Shown piece after piece: positions 14,163 through 30,628 of a stretch of 64,000 bases of DNA. The position numbers were made by a program, and so were the translations under genes. The notes beneath the pieces were generated by a model, which saw only the letters and a program-made list of their open reading frames with translations, was not told where the DNA came from and made no database searches. Within the stretch, counting starts at the first letter, position 1; each line of letters begins with the position of its first letter. The stretch lies in the NCBI GenBank assembly GCA_964016885.1, contig OZ024746.1, positions 10,788,001-10,852,000 of the forward strand, written 5' to 3'. This DNA is from Eledone cirrhosa (taxonomy: Eukaryota).

Positions 14163-14414
14163 GCCGGCCTTTTAGTTCTGATTTCAAATCCCACAAAGGT
14201 TATATATATTTATATATATACATACATATACATACATATATATATATAAACACACAGGCCCACTCATATTCACATATGTCTACATGGTATATATGTATCG
14301 TGTATGTATGTATCAATATATGTATTTATATAAATTGTATGCATTAATATGTTTGTGTGTGTGCGCGCGAGTGTGTGTATGTAAATTTATAAATAATCAT
14401 ACATACCCCGCCTC

Positions 14415-14491
<77 letters not shown>

Positions 14492-14495
14492 TTAT

Positions 14496-14527
<32 letters not shown>

Positions 14528-14592
14528 ACACACACACGCACACATACACACATACACACACACACATGTATATTATAATATATTATATTATG

Positions 14593-14778
14593 TTGGCAGT
14601 ATTGGAAGAGGGTCGGACGTCATACTTTGACGTATAGAGTTACGGCCCTTGCCATTCTGAGTTCAAATCCCGCCAAGGTTAACTTTGCCTTTCATCCTTA
14701 CGGGGTCGATAACATAAAGTACCAGTAATACACTTGGTAATTTCTGGCCTTGTGCCTAACGTAGAAACAATTATATTA
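14593..14778 (+). mobile_element. tRNA-derived SINE
   Basis: Near-identical to 13974-14162. Confidence 0.9.
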
Positions 14779-15062
14779 TATTATGTTCATACACGGAACA
14801 AAAACGCCACCTAAAGTTTCAAGGCTCAATATTAGACGAGTTTCTAAGCTCCTGAAGACTAGGTCACGAAGTTGATTCCTCTTACAATCAGGAGATTTGG
14901 TTAATATTGGGCCTTGATGCATTAGGTAGTGCTTTTGTTCTGTGTATGAACATAAATAAATAATATAATCAGCTCTCATACCTGATTGAGTACAGTTTTC
15001 CTTTTTTTTTTCTTTTTCACACCTACGAATATTTACTACACACACACACACACATATATATA

Positions 15063-15193
15063 TAACAAAAGAATTGTGGTAAGGAACCAGATGGACCATA
15101 ACGCACCAGAGTACTCAATAGTAGTAGTAGTAGAGTGGGAAATAGCCGTCGAAACGGCTTGAGCTCTGCCGTCGGGGTCTTACTTTTTCCTAT
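15063..15193. mobile_element. Short inverted remnant of the Naiad-like PLE terminus
   Basis: Matches 59958-60030 followed by 61972-62022, in (TA)n. Confidence 0.75.
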
Positions 15194-16818
15194 ATATTTA
15201 TATATATATACACACACAGATTTTCAATCAATCAACGACACTTACAACACCAACAACACCTGTTTGTTAGTTAGCTTTATCTTTGAACTTACCTGATTTA
15301 TTAGAGTCACGTTCAGGATAAAATTATGTTTCGTTAATTACATTTATCACTCACGAAAATTAATTGCATATATTTGTCTTTTTATTCGATAATATTTTTC
15401 TTGAAAATTAATAATAATAAAAAAATTAACAAAAACCTACAACTGCTTTGGATGAGAGAAACGAAAGAAAAACGAAAGAAAATATAACATTGTAAAATAC
15501 AAAAGAGGAAAAAATCTAAAATGAGGAAGAAAAATAGATAACAGCTGTATGAATTGCAATTAAGTTAATTAGCAAAGGGGGGAATTTAATTACTATTATG
15601 ATATTCACGTTCTGCTTCTCGAGCGCTATTATGTTGAATTCAATGATATTGTCTAATTCCCGGTGATAAATTGTTTCAAGTTTACAACGTTGTACTATAC
15701 TTAATTTATCACAGAATAACATATTTCCTCCTGTACGCCATGTTGTCGTAAATTTGAACATGTTAAATATCACAGAACTGGTATTCTTACAGCAATGAAC
15801 TAGACGGTGTTGGTTAGATTAAGTTAAGCGAATATGCAGATTCAATGTATCTAGTACTCATAATCCAACATATCCCCCCCCCCCCCCCAATGTGGTATGA
15901 TGTGATTATGATATGACTATTTTCTCCAGAGGGTCGATCGAATACTTTGAGGGTTTCTCGTTTGATCGTCGGCGAACTCTATATCGAAGTAGGTGACCTC
16001 TAGATCTGTTAGTGACAACATTTAAAATATAACTAAGAGTAAATGATAGTGAGAAGTGGGTCTCATAACCTACTGGATAGTAAGATCGTCTCTAAACATT
16101 TTGACTTCTCATATTAGTATCTAGAACAAATTAGCATGATCATAACAATTTCATTGTTCAAACTATGGCCATATACGTTTTAGCCAGTTCTCTATAATAA
16201 AAAAATACCTTTCAATTATGTAATACTCCAACTGTGTATTGTGCTGAAAGATATCCGCTTCCTTATGTATTAATCAATTGAAAGCTCCGTATTTTAACCA
16301 TAGACTTCACGGGGTCGAGCAACTGAATTATTCACCTGGTTGTTTGATACTGCAATGACTGACACTTTTATGTCTCTCAACAATACACGAGTCTATGCGT
16401 GAGGCAATATTGTACACTAATACACTATAGTAACTACATCACAGTCAGTTCATTGGCTTCCAGCACGCATTGAGCTACGAAAAAGCTACCTTCAATGTTT
16501 TTGCCATGAAGATATTCACCTCTTACTCAATGAACGCTATAAAATCAGGAGATAAGCACCAGCTTCGTGAATACTCGTGAATACTCGTGAATACTCGTGA
16601 ATCAGAAATGGATTGGCTAACGCATACCAGTGAGCGTTAATGGTACTGCTAGGTATAGAAGTTGGACAATTTGAGATTTATGTGATTTTTCTATAGACAA
16701 TAGGCAATACAGATGGTAAGATACAAACGTGCAATCGATTTATTACTTAGCAACGTTCTATGAAATAATTAAAGAACAGATAAACCTCGAAGGACATGTT
16801 AAGAACTGTATCTTACGA

Positions 16819-16866
16819 GCTATAGACACGTTTCGGTATTTCAATAAGTCTTCAGAGATAAATAGC
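16819..16866 (-). ncRNA. Decayed minimal HHR candidate
   Basis: CTGAAGA..TATT-GA-AATA..GAAA-CGTG-TC. The core is intact but stem I is poorly paired. Confidence 0.4.
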
Positions 16867-17014
16867 GAAATGACGAACGTGAGGCTCGTAAGATAATTTT
16901 ATTAATGAATGAATATACACTAATTCCGAATGTAATGTGCATGTTCTTGAAATATGCATTCTGTAAACATTCAATTCGGTATGTGTTCTACATACATACA
17001 CTTCTCCCCCCCCC

Positions 17015-17087
<73 letters not shown>

Positions 17088-17169
17088 TAATAATAAATTT
17101 GAAGACTAAAATCCAAAGAGGGTTCGATAAGGATAAATATATATCAAATATATAAGAACCGTAGAGCAA

Positions 17170-17325
17170 ATATTTATTAAAATAACAGATTAAAATTTAA
17201 GCAAAGAATCGCTGCTTTCACCCTTAACGGGATCTTCTGAAACTAACAAAGTCAATCTGTGAACGCAGAAGTTAATATTTCAAAAAACGTTGCAACCGGA
17301 GGAAGACAGGAAGACGATACTTTGG
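17170..17325 (-). mobile_element. PLE-terminus family carrying a CAGAAGA-core HHR
   Basis: Reverse complement of 38519-38670 and 17921-17997. Confidence 0.7.
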
Positions 17326-17337
17326 TTCTACAGGACT

Positions 17338-17391
17338 AGAGCTTCCTGATGATTTCTCGCGAATGAAACAGTTCTAGTCCTGTAGAAGCTC

Positions 17392-17392
<1 letters not shown>
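17338..17392 (+). ncRNA. Type I hammerhead ribozyme candidate
   Basis: AGAGCTTC-CTGATGA-T-TTC-TCGC-GAA-T-GAAA-CAG-TTCTAGTC-CTG-TA^GAAGCTCT. 8-bp stem I, GUA triplet. Confidence 0.8.
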
Positions 17393-17443
<51 letters not shown>

Positions 17444-17552
17444 ATGTGTGTGAGTGTGTGTGTGTGTGTGTGTATCTGTAGTGTGGAAACTGGGGAGACC
17501 TCAAATGAGGGTAGTATTCTGTGGATGGGAAGGAGCAGAATGCGTGCAAAGG

Positions 17553-17638
17553 AAGGTATAAACTCGACTGCGACGCCTTGAGAAGGCTTCTACATACAAG
17601 CCAAAAACGGGTAGGTGTCGCAGTCGGGTTTATACCTT
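17553..17638 (+). ncRNA. HHR-like fold with U3:A8 core and 25-bp stem I (G12 apparently mutated)
   Basis: 25-bp stem with 2 G-U pairs - TTGAGAA - GGCTT/AAGCC - AAAAA - CGGG-TA - complementary arm. Confidence 0.55.
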
Positions 17639-17689
17639 ACAATACCAACACTGTTCGTACTGTACTCTTTGTTATTGATTTTGTTTTTT

Positions 17690-17813
<124 letters not shown>

Positions 17814-17923
17814 TGCAAATTTATACGGGAACAAAACAGAGAGGCAGACAAATAAAGGTTTATTAGGTTCACGCTTTTGAGAATTATATATATATATAAT
17901 ATATATCTCTATATATATATATT

Positions 17924-17974
17924 AGTTTCAGAAGATCCCGTTAAGGGTGAAAGCAGCGATTCTTTGCTTAAACT
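17924..17974 (+). ncRNA. Type I HHR candidate, U4A core variant
   Basis: AGTTT-CAGAAGA-T-CCC-GTTAA-GGG-T-GAAA-GCA..TGC-TT^AAACT. The same core is in the copies near 17190-17245 (-) and 38604-38654 (+). Confidence 0.6.
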
Positions 17975-18123
17975 TTAATCTGTTATTTTAATAAATATAT
18001 ATATATATATATATTGTTATACTTTGGGAGGGTCATGTTGCCAATAAGAAACACACGCACCAGTTGCTTTCACTTCAATTTATTATAATAAATTTATAAA
18101 TTTGCTAAACAAATTCAGAAACG

Positions 18124-18212
<89 letters not shown>

Positions 18213-18215
<3 letters not shown>

Positions 18216-18549
18216 GGAAAAAATGAAACGAAATTTCATTTCCCACTCTTAGTACGGCTGTTACTTAAATATAAGTATGTATACGTACATACATATATGT
18301 ATACAGACGTACAGTAGTATGTATATATATATACATACATGCACACATATATATATGTACGTATGGATTCACCGAACATTCTAGACACTGCGGCTTAATA
18401 CGGGATGTTTGTTTACAAACACACCAAGCATTATAATAAATGTTCGGTGTATCCATACGTACATATATATATGTGTGCATGTATGTATATATATATATAT
18501 ATACATACTACTGTACGTCTGTATACATATATGTATGTACGTATACATA

Positions 18550-18553
<4 letters not shown>
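18213..18553. mobile_element. Fold-back remnant of the 50.4-51.6 kb HHR element family
   Basis: Arms ~18270-18380 / 18439-18553. Shares AAATTTCATTTC..CACTCTTAGTACGGC and CTACTGTACGTCTGTATACA with 51050-51168. Confidence 0.75.
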
Positions 18554-18631
<78 letters not shown>

Positions 18632-18849
18632 TAGATAAAGAGTTACACGAATACACCGTTTACTGTACAAGGGGATAGGCATTTATTTCATAGCATTTAC
18701 ATATGTTTCATTAATATGAGAAGGTATTGCATCTAGAAAACGCTAATCCCGGTATTATATTGGGAAAACTGGGATTCATTTATGGTAGAATTATCTCCAT
18801 ATATCAAATTATCAAAATCGAATACTAGTATACCTCTATATATATATAT

Positions 18850-19870
<1,021 letters not shown>

Positions 19871-21189
19871 GTATGTATGTGTATGTGTTCGTGTGTATGT
19901 GTAATGTGTATGTATGTGTGTGCATATGTGTGTGTGTATGTTTGTGTGTATGTGTGTGTATGTGTGTGTACGTGTGCGTGTGTATGTGTGTGTTTGTATG
20001 TATGTGTGTGTATGTGTATGTGTGTGTATGTGTTCATGTGTAATATGTAATGTGTATGTATGTGTGTATGTGTGTGTGCGTGTGTATGTGTGTGTGTGTG
20101 TTTGTGTGTGTACAATCGTATCAGTGGTATTCATTACTTTTGATATCCTAATTGAAAGTTAAAGTTTAATTGAAGGTAAAATAAGATACTGTCAATTACT
20201 CAAATAATCAAGTTCTTGGACGAACTCCTGTGTAAATGTTTCGATATTTATGTAATCCGGCTTTCCTTATTAACACAAATGGAGTAATCCACAAATTACT
20301 GTAGTCTAGCAGAATATAAGCCTAACACCTGTTAAAGTAGACTACACATACTTTTATATTAAACCGCCAGCACAAGTCATATTGCTTCCTGCATGTAATT
20401 GCTTGTCACGTGCTAGGTAAGATGTCTTCGCTACTTCAACAAATATATTTTTAAGCTTACGATTCTGTTAATGTCTTTTTCTACTCTCACGAAAGATGTG
20501 AAACGTTAAATAAACTGTAATTATAGCCGTTAAATGTATTGATTTTATTTACTATATATACAATCAATTTTCTCATTCTCTTTATCTCTATGGGTACTGA
20601 TTTATATCTCTCGGTAATCTTGGCATCAACATTCATTCATTTATTTATTTGTGTCTACATATATTTATATATATTTGTGAGTGTGAGATATATGCATTCA
20701 CACATTGTGTAAACGTGTATGTGTTGTGTGTTTGTGTATACGTGTGTATATCTACCGTTCGATATTTCTATCGGTGTATCTGCTATTTCATCTATCTATC
20801 TATGCACCAAATGCCTTATAGTAATTAATATGTTCACTGCGCATGATTGGCTATGCCGGGTGATGATTGGGTGTACTGGACATTATATAGTACCACCCGT
20901 CTCTACAGACTACTAGCATATATTATGGCGTCCATGCTCCACTCCCAACTTTCTATCGCGTAATAGACAACGATCTTACTTAAAATTCAATGAAAGCTTA
21001 CAGGTTAATCAAACTATTAAAATATATGAATAATCTGATACCTTTGTACATGGACAATACACATCCGACTAAAACGATATCTCATTCCCGTTACTGAGAT
21101 AATATTCGTTAAATTATCACATCATAACAAAGATAGGTATATGCTATTTACAATATTATATTCGGTAGTTAGCTTATCTGCATTTACAG

Positions 21190-21267
<78 letters not shown>

Positions 21268-21356
21268 ACAATGATAGCAAAACAAAAGTCAGAGATAGGT
21301 AGTAAATTAGTTCATTATTTTACGATCCTTTCAGAGGTTCGAAAAATCGCATAATA

Positions 21357-21417
<61 letters not shown>

Positions 21418-21447
21418 AGTGGTAACACAACAGTTAGTTCACCATTC

Positions 21448-21485
21448 CGAGAACATTTGTTTCACCTTAGCGGATCCTCAGCTCG
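21448..21485 (-). ncRNA. Minimal type I HHR candidate in a (TA)n-flanked insert
   Basis: CGAG-CTGAGGA-T-CC-GCTAA-GG-T-GAAA-CAAATG-TT^CTCG. Confidence 0.65.
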
Positions 21486-21562
21486 TAATGGACCACTTCT
21501 ACCTAACTCGTCCCATGGACTGAGTGTTCTACCACTACAGATATTACCTTCCAGTGTTCTAC

Positions 21563-21598
<36 letters not shown>

Positions 21599-23405
21599 CA
21601 TATCTTATTTGGATTGTTGGGGCACGACTGAGATCTGCGTATCCACTAAGCTTATCTATGGCAAATCAATCGGTGCAGCCCGTCCGCCATCAAGTCCTAT
21701 TCTCAACAGGTGCACACAGCCATATAAATAAATGAAAATATATGTTAATTTGAGAGTATTGTATCTATTCGCAGCCTACGTTCTTCCTATCCAGCCGTAC
21801 TTATGTTCAACAGGATGGGTTGAACCACTTTCGTATGTGACACATCTATAACTTATACCTATATATATATCACTCATATATTTCTAACTTTTGAATCATT
21901 GATACAATTCTAACTTTTGATCTCTCAGTTGATTGTCCAGTAACTTCTCTTATTCGAAATCTGATCGTAGCATAGGTCGATGGAGAATTTAACATCGACT
22001 TTCTGATACGTGATATAATTCTAGCAAAAACAACACAGTTGGCCAATGGACAAATGTTGGTTAATATGAAATCAATCCAAATATAAATAAATTGCAAATA
22101 ATTTTTTCTGGCATGTGTATAATTTAATTTTATTTTACAACTATTCGATGAATTTTCAATTAATTTATGGACTGTTCTCATTAAATGCTTCCGTCACCTA
22201 CACCCCCCACAAACACACATACACACATACATATACAGAGAGAGAAAGAGAGAGAGAGATATACACACATACTCACGTGCACACATCCAAACACCGAAAC
22301 ACACACACACACATATACTCACACATACACACACACATACACACATTGACACTGGCACAGACACACACTCTCATACACACACACACACACACACACACAA
22401 TCACGTATACACACATACACACACATACACACATACACACACATACACATACACACACACACATACACACGGAGACAAACATACACACGTATATATTCTT
22501 TTAACTCGCGTAATTTATGCTTTTTTAACATTTCACTTATTGAATATTCTAACAACAACAACAACAACAATGACAACAACAGGAAATCTAAAGTACCATT
22601 GATTTCCTTTGCATCATACTGTACGTATTTAGCATATGTTACACGTACATGCTTGATATATGTAAATATAATCAATCTAATTTAGTTCGAATTAATACAT
22701 GATAGTTTTAGGTAATAGTACGAATATAGATGCTTTTAGCTAGTAGTGTTACTATTGGCTGTATTATTGCATAAATTACATGTAAGACCACGGCTCAAGT
22801 TGATTTACTGTCTTAAGTTCGGTTCAGAAGTGTTCTAAGTGTAATTCTTCTCAGGATAAAGTCAGCCTTTTATATTTATAACATATTCGTAATAGATGTA
22901 AAGCTCATATTAATCTGAACGTTTAGCTATAGTGTTTAATTGAAATAAATATATCAGAATCAACTAACTCATTGGTTCGCAAGGAAACATCTTGAATATT
23001 TAATCTTCATTAAGTGTGAATAACTCATGTACGTTAAGTAAAGACAATACCTTCAGTTATAGCGATGGAACGATTTCGCACCATCCTCAAAGTAGACAGG
23101 GTATTCGTTCATTGTACAGTGCTCCCTCTGATTCTAGTGGTGAGAAGAACATGCTCATCATACGTATTCAAATCAGTTAATGAGTAAATTCTTTAAACGA
23201 CCGGTTTGTAAAATCATATCTAGGGAACGACAGTCAATTTGAGCTCATTCCCCCTATCTATGCAAGTTAGAACTGTAGATTAACAAAATAGATATCAGTT
23301 ATATAGTGTTCTAAGTAGATGTAGAGAGAATTTAAATAGGTGAGTGAATGAACGCTATAAATCAGTGATATAAACAGACATTTAAATACCTCTTCTTCAT
23401 ATAAT

Positions 23406-23586
23406 TGTTTCTACTTTTGGCACAAGACCAGCAATTACCCAGTACATTACTGGTACTTTATTTTATCGACCTCGTAAGGATGAAAGGCAAAGTCAACCTC
23501 GGCGGGATTTGAACTCAGTTCGTAAAGGGACGTAACTATGTTGGAAAGCATGTCCGACCCTCTACCAATTCTGCCAATCTACCGCC
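23406..23586 (-). mobile_element. Full-length tRNA-derived SINE with 16-bp TSD
   Basis: TSD CTCTTCTTCATATAAT at 23390-23405 and 23587-23602. Confidence 0.92.
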
Positions 23587-24043
23587 CTCTTCTTCATATA
23601 ATGTGTCCCAGACAAGCAAATCTCTAAGCAACACTAGTGAATCGATTTCAATTCAGAGCTACAAATACTAGAAACAACAACCAAATCTTCCTCAAATTGT
23701 GAAAGTCCTGTTTCTGATCACGTGGTTTTTGCTTCATATGTCTTCTCAGCAATAAACTTTCTCATTCGAGATATAATTCACTGTTTTACAGTTTACTACA
23801 ATAATACATCTATATAATCTATTACTCATCAATTGCAATCTGTAATAATACATTCACAGTAATATAAAACTTGCCTACTGCAATATATGATATATTCACA
23901 TCAATATATAACAAACATAGTAAACTATAAAATATTCATTTCAAAAGAGAAAATGTTATGCTATCGGCTCAATATAAAATTGGTTAAAAGACTACAGTCG
24001 TTTCATATCGAGAAGATAAAATTGACTGTTTCCACAATTTGTG

Positions 24044-24141
<98 letters not shown>

Positions 24142-24367
24142 AGGATTGGTGCTCTGAAATAGCGATGTATACATAAATGCATGTATAGTATATTTGGTGA
24201 TATACTGTATCTTTAATTAAAATTATTTTGAAGACCTTGCGCTATTATTTTAAAGTAGTCACTATGTCACTTCTTTTTTCAGCAAAGGAAGGGAGATAAG
24301 TTGACAGATCTGTTTCACACTGTTAGTGTTCATCAGAGCCTAGTACTCGCCGACCTCTCTCGCCCTC

Positions 24368-24655
24368 CCCACTGCAATATATATCACACCCACTGCAATA
24401 TATATCACACCCACTGCAATATATATCACACCCACTGCAATATATATCACACCCACTGCAATATATATCACACCCACTGCAATATATATCACACCCACTG
24501 CAATATATATCACACCCACTGCAATATATATTACACCCACTGCAATATATATCACACCTACTGCAATATATATCACACCCACTGCAATATATATCACACC
24601 CACTGCAATATATATCACACCCACTGCAATATATATCACACACAATGTAATATAA
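24368..24655. repeat. 21-bp minisatellite CCCACTGCAATATATATCACA, ~13 copies
   Basis: Nearly perfect tandem units. Confidence 0.95.
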
Positions 24656-25854
24656 AAGACATCCACTGCAACCATACGAGTTAGTTTCATAACACAAGAT
24701 ATTCCGTCACTATACACATTGCACGAGATGTTTACGATATACATACATTTTCGTTGAAATCTACTTTAGTTTCATTTAAAATCCATCAAAATAAGGATAT
24801 AGACACTGAGGAGAAAGACGAAATTTCTAAAGAATAAACAAATCTCAGACTTTTGTTTTATTCACTTGATAAAAACCTTGTGTCAATTAAGAATACATAT
24901 TTAAAAGGAAAATATTGATCACACTGATATAATTATCGTTAAAGCCAATCAAATATTTGGGCTGAAACATTTCTATCTTAACATTTCTCTGTTGTTATAA
25001 CCTGTAGCAGTTAGATATTCCAATGATTATATTATTTATAGTCGAATCATTTATTTTTCAGTAATCAAATCTTAAAGCTGATTTCAATTGTTAGAGCTCC
25101 CACTTTGTGTAATTTCTTTTTAGCCAGGCTTTCAAAGGGGAAACCATGCACACGATCAAATCGATCGATGATCGTTAAATTAACTTTGGGTTAAATGACC
25201 CAGTGCTCAAATTTTCCAGTGATAAACATACATCATTAGTGAGCTCTCGCATTAGTGAGCTTCAATTTTAGTTGGCTCATCCAGTGAGCTAGTTCAACTG
25301 ATCACTCGTTCGGTGATTATTTACAACACACGTCAAATTCTCTAACGTTCAAATATTCCAGTAAATTATTCCTGGAAATAAACTTCTTTGGCATGAGAAC
25401 CCAAATATCCTAAAAACCAAATCATCCGATCTTAAATCAACCACTTTTGGTCAAACATCGCAGGGGTTATTCCAACATTAATTTAGAAAGTGTGAGCGGA
25501 AAAAGATATCCCTTTAAAATGAAAGTTTTATATTAATTATTTAGTAATTACATTAGCACAAGGCAAGAAATCCATTGGAGGCGCCAAAAAGATTAGAGTC
25601 AATTGACCAATCAGGTCAGCCCTGACTACTTAGAGCTATAATGCCTTTCAACTGTGATTATCCCATCTTAGGGGATGAAGTTGTTAAAATCTGAGTTAAG
25701 GTAGATTGAATATAAATCAACATGGCCAACACCACCACCACCCTACACACCACGACACCACCATCTCCACCGTACACACAACCACTTCCACCACACCAGC
25801 ACACCACACCACTCACACGCATCACCACCCTCCACACCACCTCCACCATCCAGA

Positions 25855-25996
25855 AGAGCAGTTAGAACGTCTGATAGACTACCTTGTGGTATTAGTTCCG
25901 TCTCTTTGCTTTCTGAGTTCAAATCCCACCGAGGTCAACTTTTCCTTTCATCCATTAATGGTCTATAAAAAAGTACCAGTCAAATACTGAGTCGAT
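25855..25996 (+). mobile_element. Diverged SINE copy
   Basis: CTGAGTTCAAATCCCACCGAGGTCAACTTTTCCTTTCATCC...AAGTACCAGT. Confidence 0.75.
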
Positions 25997-26021
25997 TCTT
26001 TCTCTCTCTTTCTCTCTCTCT

Positions 26022-26491
<470 letters not shown>

Positions 26492-26497
26492 ACATAC

Positions 26498-26558
<61 letters not shown>

Positions 26559-26594
26559 CGAAACATAAGTCAATTACATGAACTCACAATCCTT

Positions 26595-26980
<386 letters not shown>

Positions 26981-27231
26981 GTTTCTATTTCAGAGAATAA
27001 ACCACTTCTGCAATTCTGAATATGTTCTTATAATTTATGCCATTGTATAATATATAAATTAGCATACCTTTTGACTAAGAAAATGTCTCTGAATATGATC
27101 CGTTCAATGCATAATGCAAACACGAACGCCAGATTGAGTTGAGCTATGAACACTAATAAATATTATTAAAGAGATTGGTGGGCTTGCCAGTTCAATAATG
27201 AGGTGTATTAAATCTTTTCATATATGACATC

Positions 27232-27280
<49 letters not shown>

Positions 27281-27375
27281 TATAAATTACAAATAGCTTT
27301 GTATAGATATATGCATATGCATATATATTTGCACACACACACAAACACACACACATACACACAAATACACACGCA

Positions 27376-27436
<61 letters not shown>

Positions 27437-27519
27437 GTATATATAACTTTGATATGCTTCGACCAGTACAGATGCAGACGATGTCTAACTTAGTAGCCTT
27501 ACCTTGTGATATCATTTAT

Positions 27520-28520
27520 ACCATGTTTTACACTGCAGCCATGTTTCGGACACGATGGCCCACACTAGCAAAGAGTTATTTCTGCCGGAGAAAATTCCAG
27601 ATGTAAGGGTGGGTTTTAAGCGGTTTTTTGGTGGGGAATTTGTTCAGGGACCTTTTGAATTTGATGGGATGTTTTCTGCTTTGATGTATTTTGGTATGAT
27701 ATTAAAGAGAGCAAGACCAGTTGAGGAGAGATAACTGTGCTGTAACGTTGTTAGGAGATGCAATGTCACTTTTATAGGGGGGGGGGGATAGCACTGAGTC
27801 CAAACCGTGGGTGGAGTTTCAAGAAGATTCCAAAATCATCTGGGTAATGTTGATGGAATATTTTCCGCCATTATACAAATGATGTAGCACTCTCGGCGGC
27901 ATTGGTGGGAGTAGATGCCTGTGATGAGTCTATCGTTTTTGTAATTCACTTCTGGGCTGCTTCAATATTTATAACACATTGTTTCGTGTGGATAAACCAG
28001 ACAAGAGTACTGAAGGTGAAGCCGGGAAAACATAGAGAAGAGAAGGATGATGATGTGAATATGCGGCAGCTGATGCCAATTGGTAACTTCAGTGCATTCT
28101 CTTTTCTAAAGTGGAGTAACTCAAATGTATCCTCGTTTAGTAACATATGATTTTTACCCACTTATTGGATAACATCAAACTGATTCGATTAAAGACGTGT
28201 GGTCTGCCACTCTGTTGATGACTTCTGGAGCTTAGAATCATCTGAAAAGATTCTTATTTTGCTGTGCTTAGTGATATCTATGATATCATCGATGTAAATA
28301 ATGAAGAAAGGTGGGCCCAATACAATACCTTGTACGCCACTAATGACATTGGCTGAACCTGATCGTATTCTTTCGACCACATTGTGCTGGTCTCTCTTCA
28401 TTAAGAAGTATTAATCTAATGTAGTAGTTTTCCATAGACACCAATGTTGTGCCTTTTCTCAAAGCCTTTAAGATGTCATCAAAGTGATGCAGAAGCTCTT
28501 TAAGCCGTCCTGCTATCATG
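27520..28520 (-). mobile_element. Degenerate CR1/L2-like LINE 3' part
   Basis: SGVQGIVLGPPFFIIYIDDI...IRIFSDDSKL (RT motifs) and IEAAQK downstream. Same clade as 4140-4750. Confidence 0.8.
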
Positions 28521-28741
28521 TGTATGTGTGTATGTGTGTATGTGTGTATGTGTGTATGTGTGTATGTGTGTATGTGTGTATGTGTATGTGTGTATATGTG
28601 TGGTTTGATGTAAATATGATAAATCAGAAAACGGAGACAGAAAAATAAAGATTATTTCTTAATTAAGGAATGATGAAAATGTAATTTTGGGACAGAACAA
28701 AGATTCCAAGATTACAACAAACCGACATTTGTGTGAATGTC

Positions 28742-28820
<79 letters not shown>

Positions 28821-28860
28821 CCCCCAACAGCTCAACTATTGTTGACGTCATAATCACCCA

Positions 28861-28898
<38 letters not shown>

Positions 28899-29159
28899 GA
28901 TCAGCCGGAACGGGACCGCCTATCTACTGACATGCTAGAAACAGCAGCTATGTCTTGCAGCTACACTCCCCTCGCATTAGATCATTTAGGATTGAATAAA
29001 AAACCAAAAGGTCGCAACTTGAATACCTTTCATCTCATATCTATTCGATCTAGCTGACTTCGATCTTATCAAAACACAATATCATCTTCCACACATAACC
29101 GTCAATATCCCAGTCATTATCTCGTCATTCCTTTATCAAAATCAACATCATTGTCATCC

Positions 29160-29650
29160 AATCATGATTATTTCATCATCATTATCCTCATCATCTCCAT
29201 CATCACCTTGACGACGAACACCACCATCACCACCATCACTACTACCACCACCACCACCTCTTCCTCCTCCTCCACAACTACCACCACCACCACCACCACC
29301 ACCAACAACAAACCACCACCACCACCACCACCACGACCACTACCTCCACCACAAGCACCAAAACCACCACCACCACGACCACCACCGCCACCACCACCAC
29401 CACCACGACCACCACCACCACCACCAACAACAACAAATAACCACCACCACCACGACCACAACTACGACGACCACCACCACCAAAACTACCACCACCACCA
29501 CCACAAACAAACCACCATCACAAACAAACCGCCACCACCGCCACCACCGCCACCACCACAAACAAACGACCACCAACAACAACAACAAACCACCACCACC
29601 ACGACCACCACCATCACAAACAAATCACCACCACCACCAACAATAATAGC
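29160..29650. repeat. Degenerate (CCA/CAC/CAA)n low-complexity tract
   Basis: Trinucleotide mosaic. Confidence 0.85.
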
Positions 29651-30154
29651 TTATCTCAATTAGGTTGAGAATTTCAGTTAAAATTTTGTTCGAGTTCCAC
29701 AGAAATAGTGATGTGCTCTATGTTCTCTGTAGACAGAAGGAGGGCGGCGTCTGTTTTTTGATGAACAACCAACTAACCGTGAAACATTTCAAGGCAATCT
29801 TTCCTTATGATTTTCTGTGTGCAAAGAGAATAAAATATATTCCTGTTTGCTATTTTCTACCAACGAAGCCCACAATCTAAAAATGTGGTTATACTTGCAA
29901 TAAATTTTCTAATATATATATATTGCCTATATGGGTTTGTTTTTATTGATTTATTATTTTAAGTCGAGACAGGCAAACTATATTCATTTGAATTAGTTTA
30001 TTTCATTCTAGCTAACTTCGTCTTTTACAATACAAACACTTATGTGTTTATCATATATTAATTTATATTAACTTGTATTTCACGGCTCAGAAATGCTTCT
30101 TTCTTTGAGCTAATTAATTGTAAAGGACTGTTTGAGTTTATAACTCTAAATATA

Positions 30155-30196
<42 letters not shown>

Positions 30197-30589
30197 AAAA
30201 TATATATATATCTGCCTGTGTGTATATATATTAAGTGCAGTTATTTCGATCACAAATCATGACATGGTTCCTCTCACACATACGCATACGTGTATTCATG
30301 AATTTACACACACACACACACGTATATATATTAACACCGTATGGCATAAATTCAGGCTGTTCAGTTTGTTTACAAACGAACAAAGCGGCGTTATAATAAG
30401 CGTCCGCTAAACTGATGCGTGCATATATGTATGTGTACCTGTATGTATATATGTATATATATATATATATATTAATAAGAGGAATTCCAACTTTGTCTGA
30501 TTTACTCGTTTTATTTACAATCCTTTAAAATATATATAATGGTATTATAATGAAATAGTATGATAGAATATTAAATTCTAAGTGTTAAT

Positions 30590-30628
30590 TGAACAAGTAC
30601 TTTCATGCTTTCGCAATCTTCAGGTTCA
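30590..30628 (-). ncRNA. Minimal type I HHR (dimer type)
   Basis: TGAAC-CTGAAGA-T-TGC-GAAA-GCA-T-GAAA-GTAC-TT^GTTCA. GNRA loop II, palindromic GTAC, insert begins at (TA)n 30472. Confidence 0.72.

Noticed and set aside
24368-24655. CRISPR-like regular repeat
   Set aside because: No unique spacers, and the context is eukaryotic.
24301-24744. Cys/His-rich heptad ORFs (HTHCNIY; CDIYCSG) resembling metal-binding proteins
   Set aside because: A 21-bp minisatellite open in several frames, with almost no variation and no codon-position bias.
29151-29663. Pro/Thr/His-rich 170-aa ORF (formin/extensin-like)
   Set aside because: A (CCA)n mosaic open on both strands, with no splice or domain evidence.
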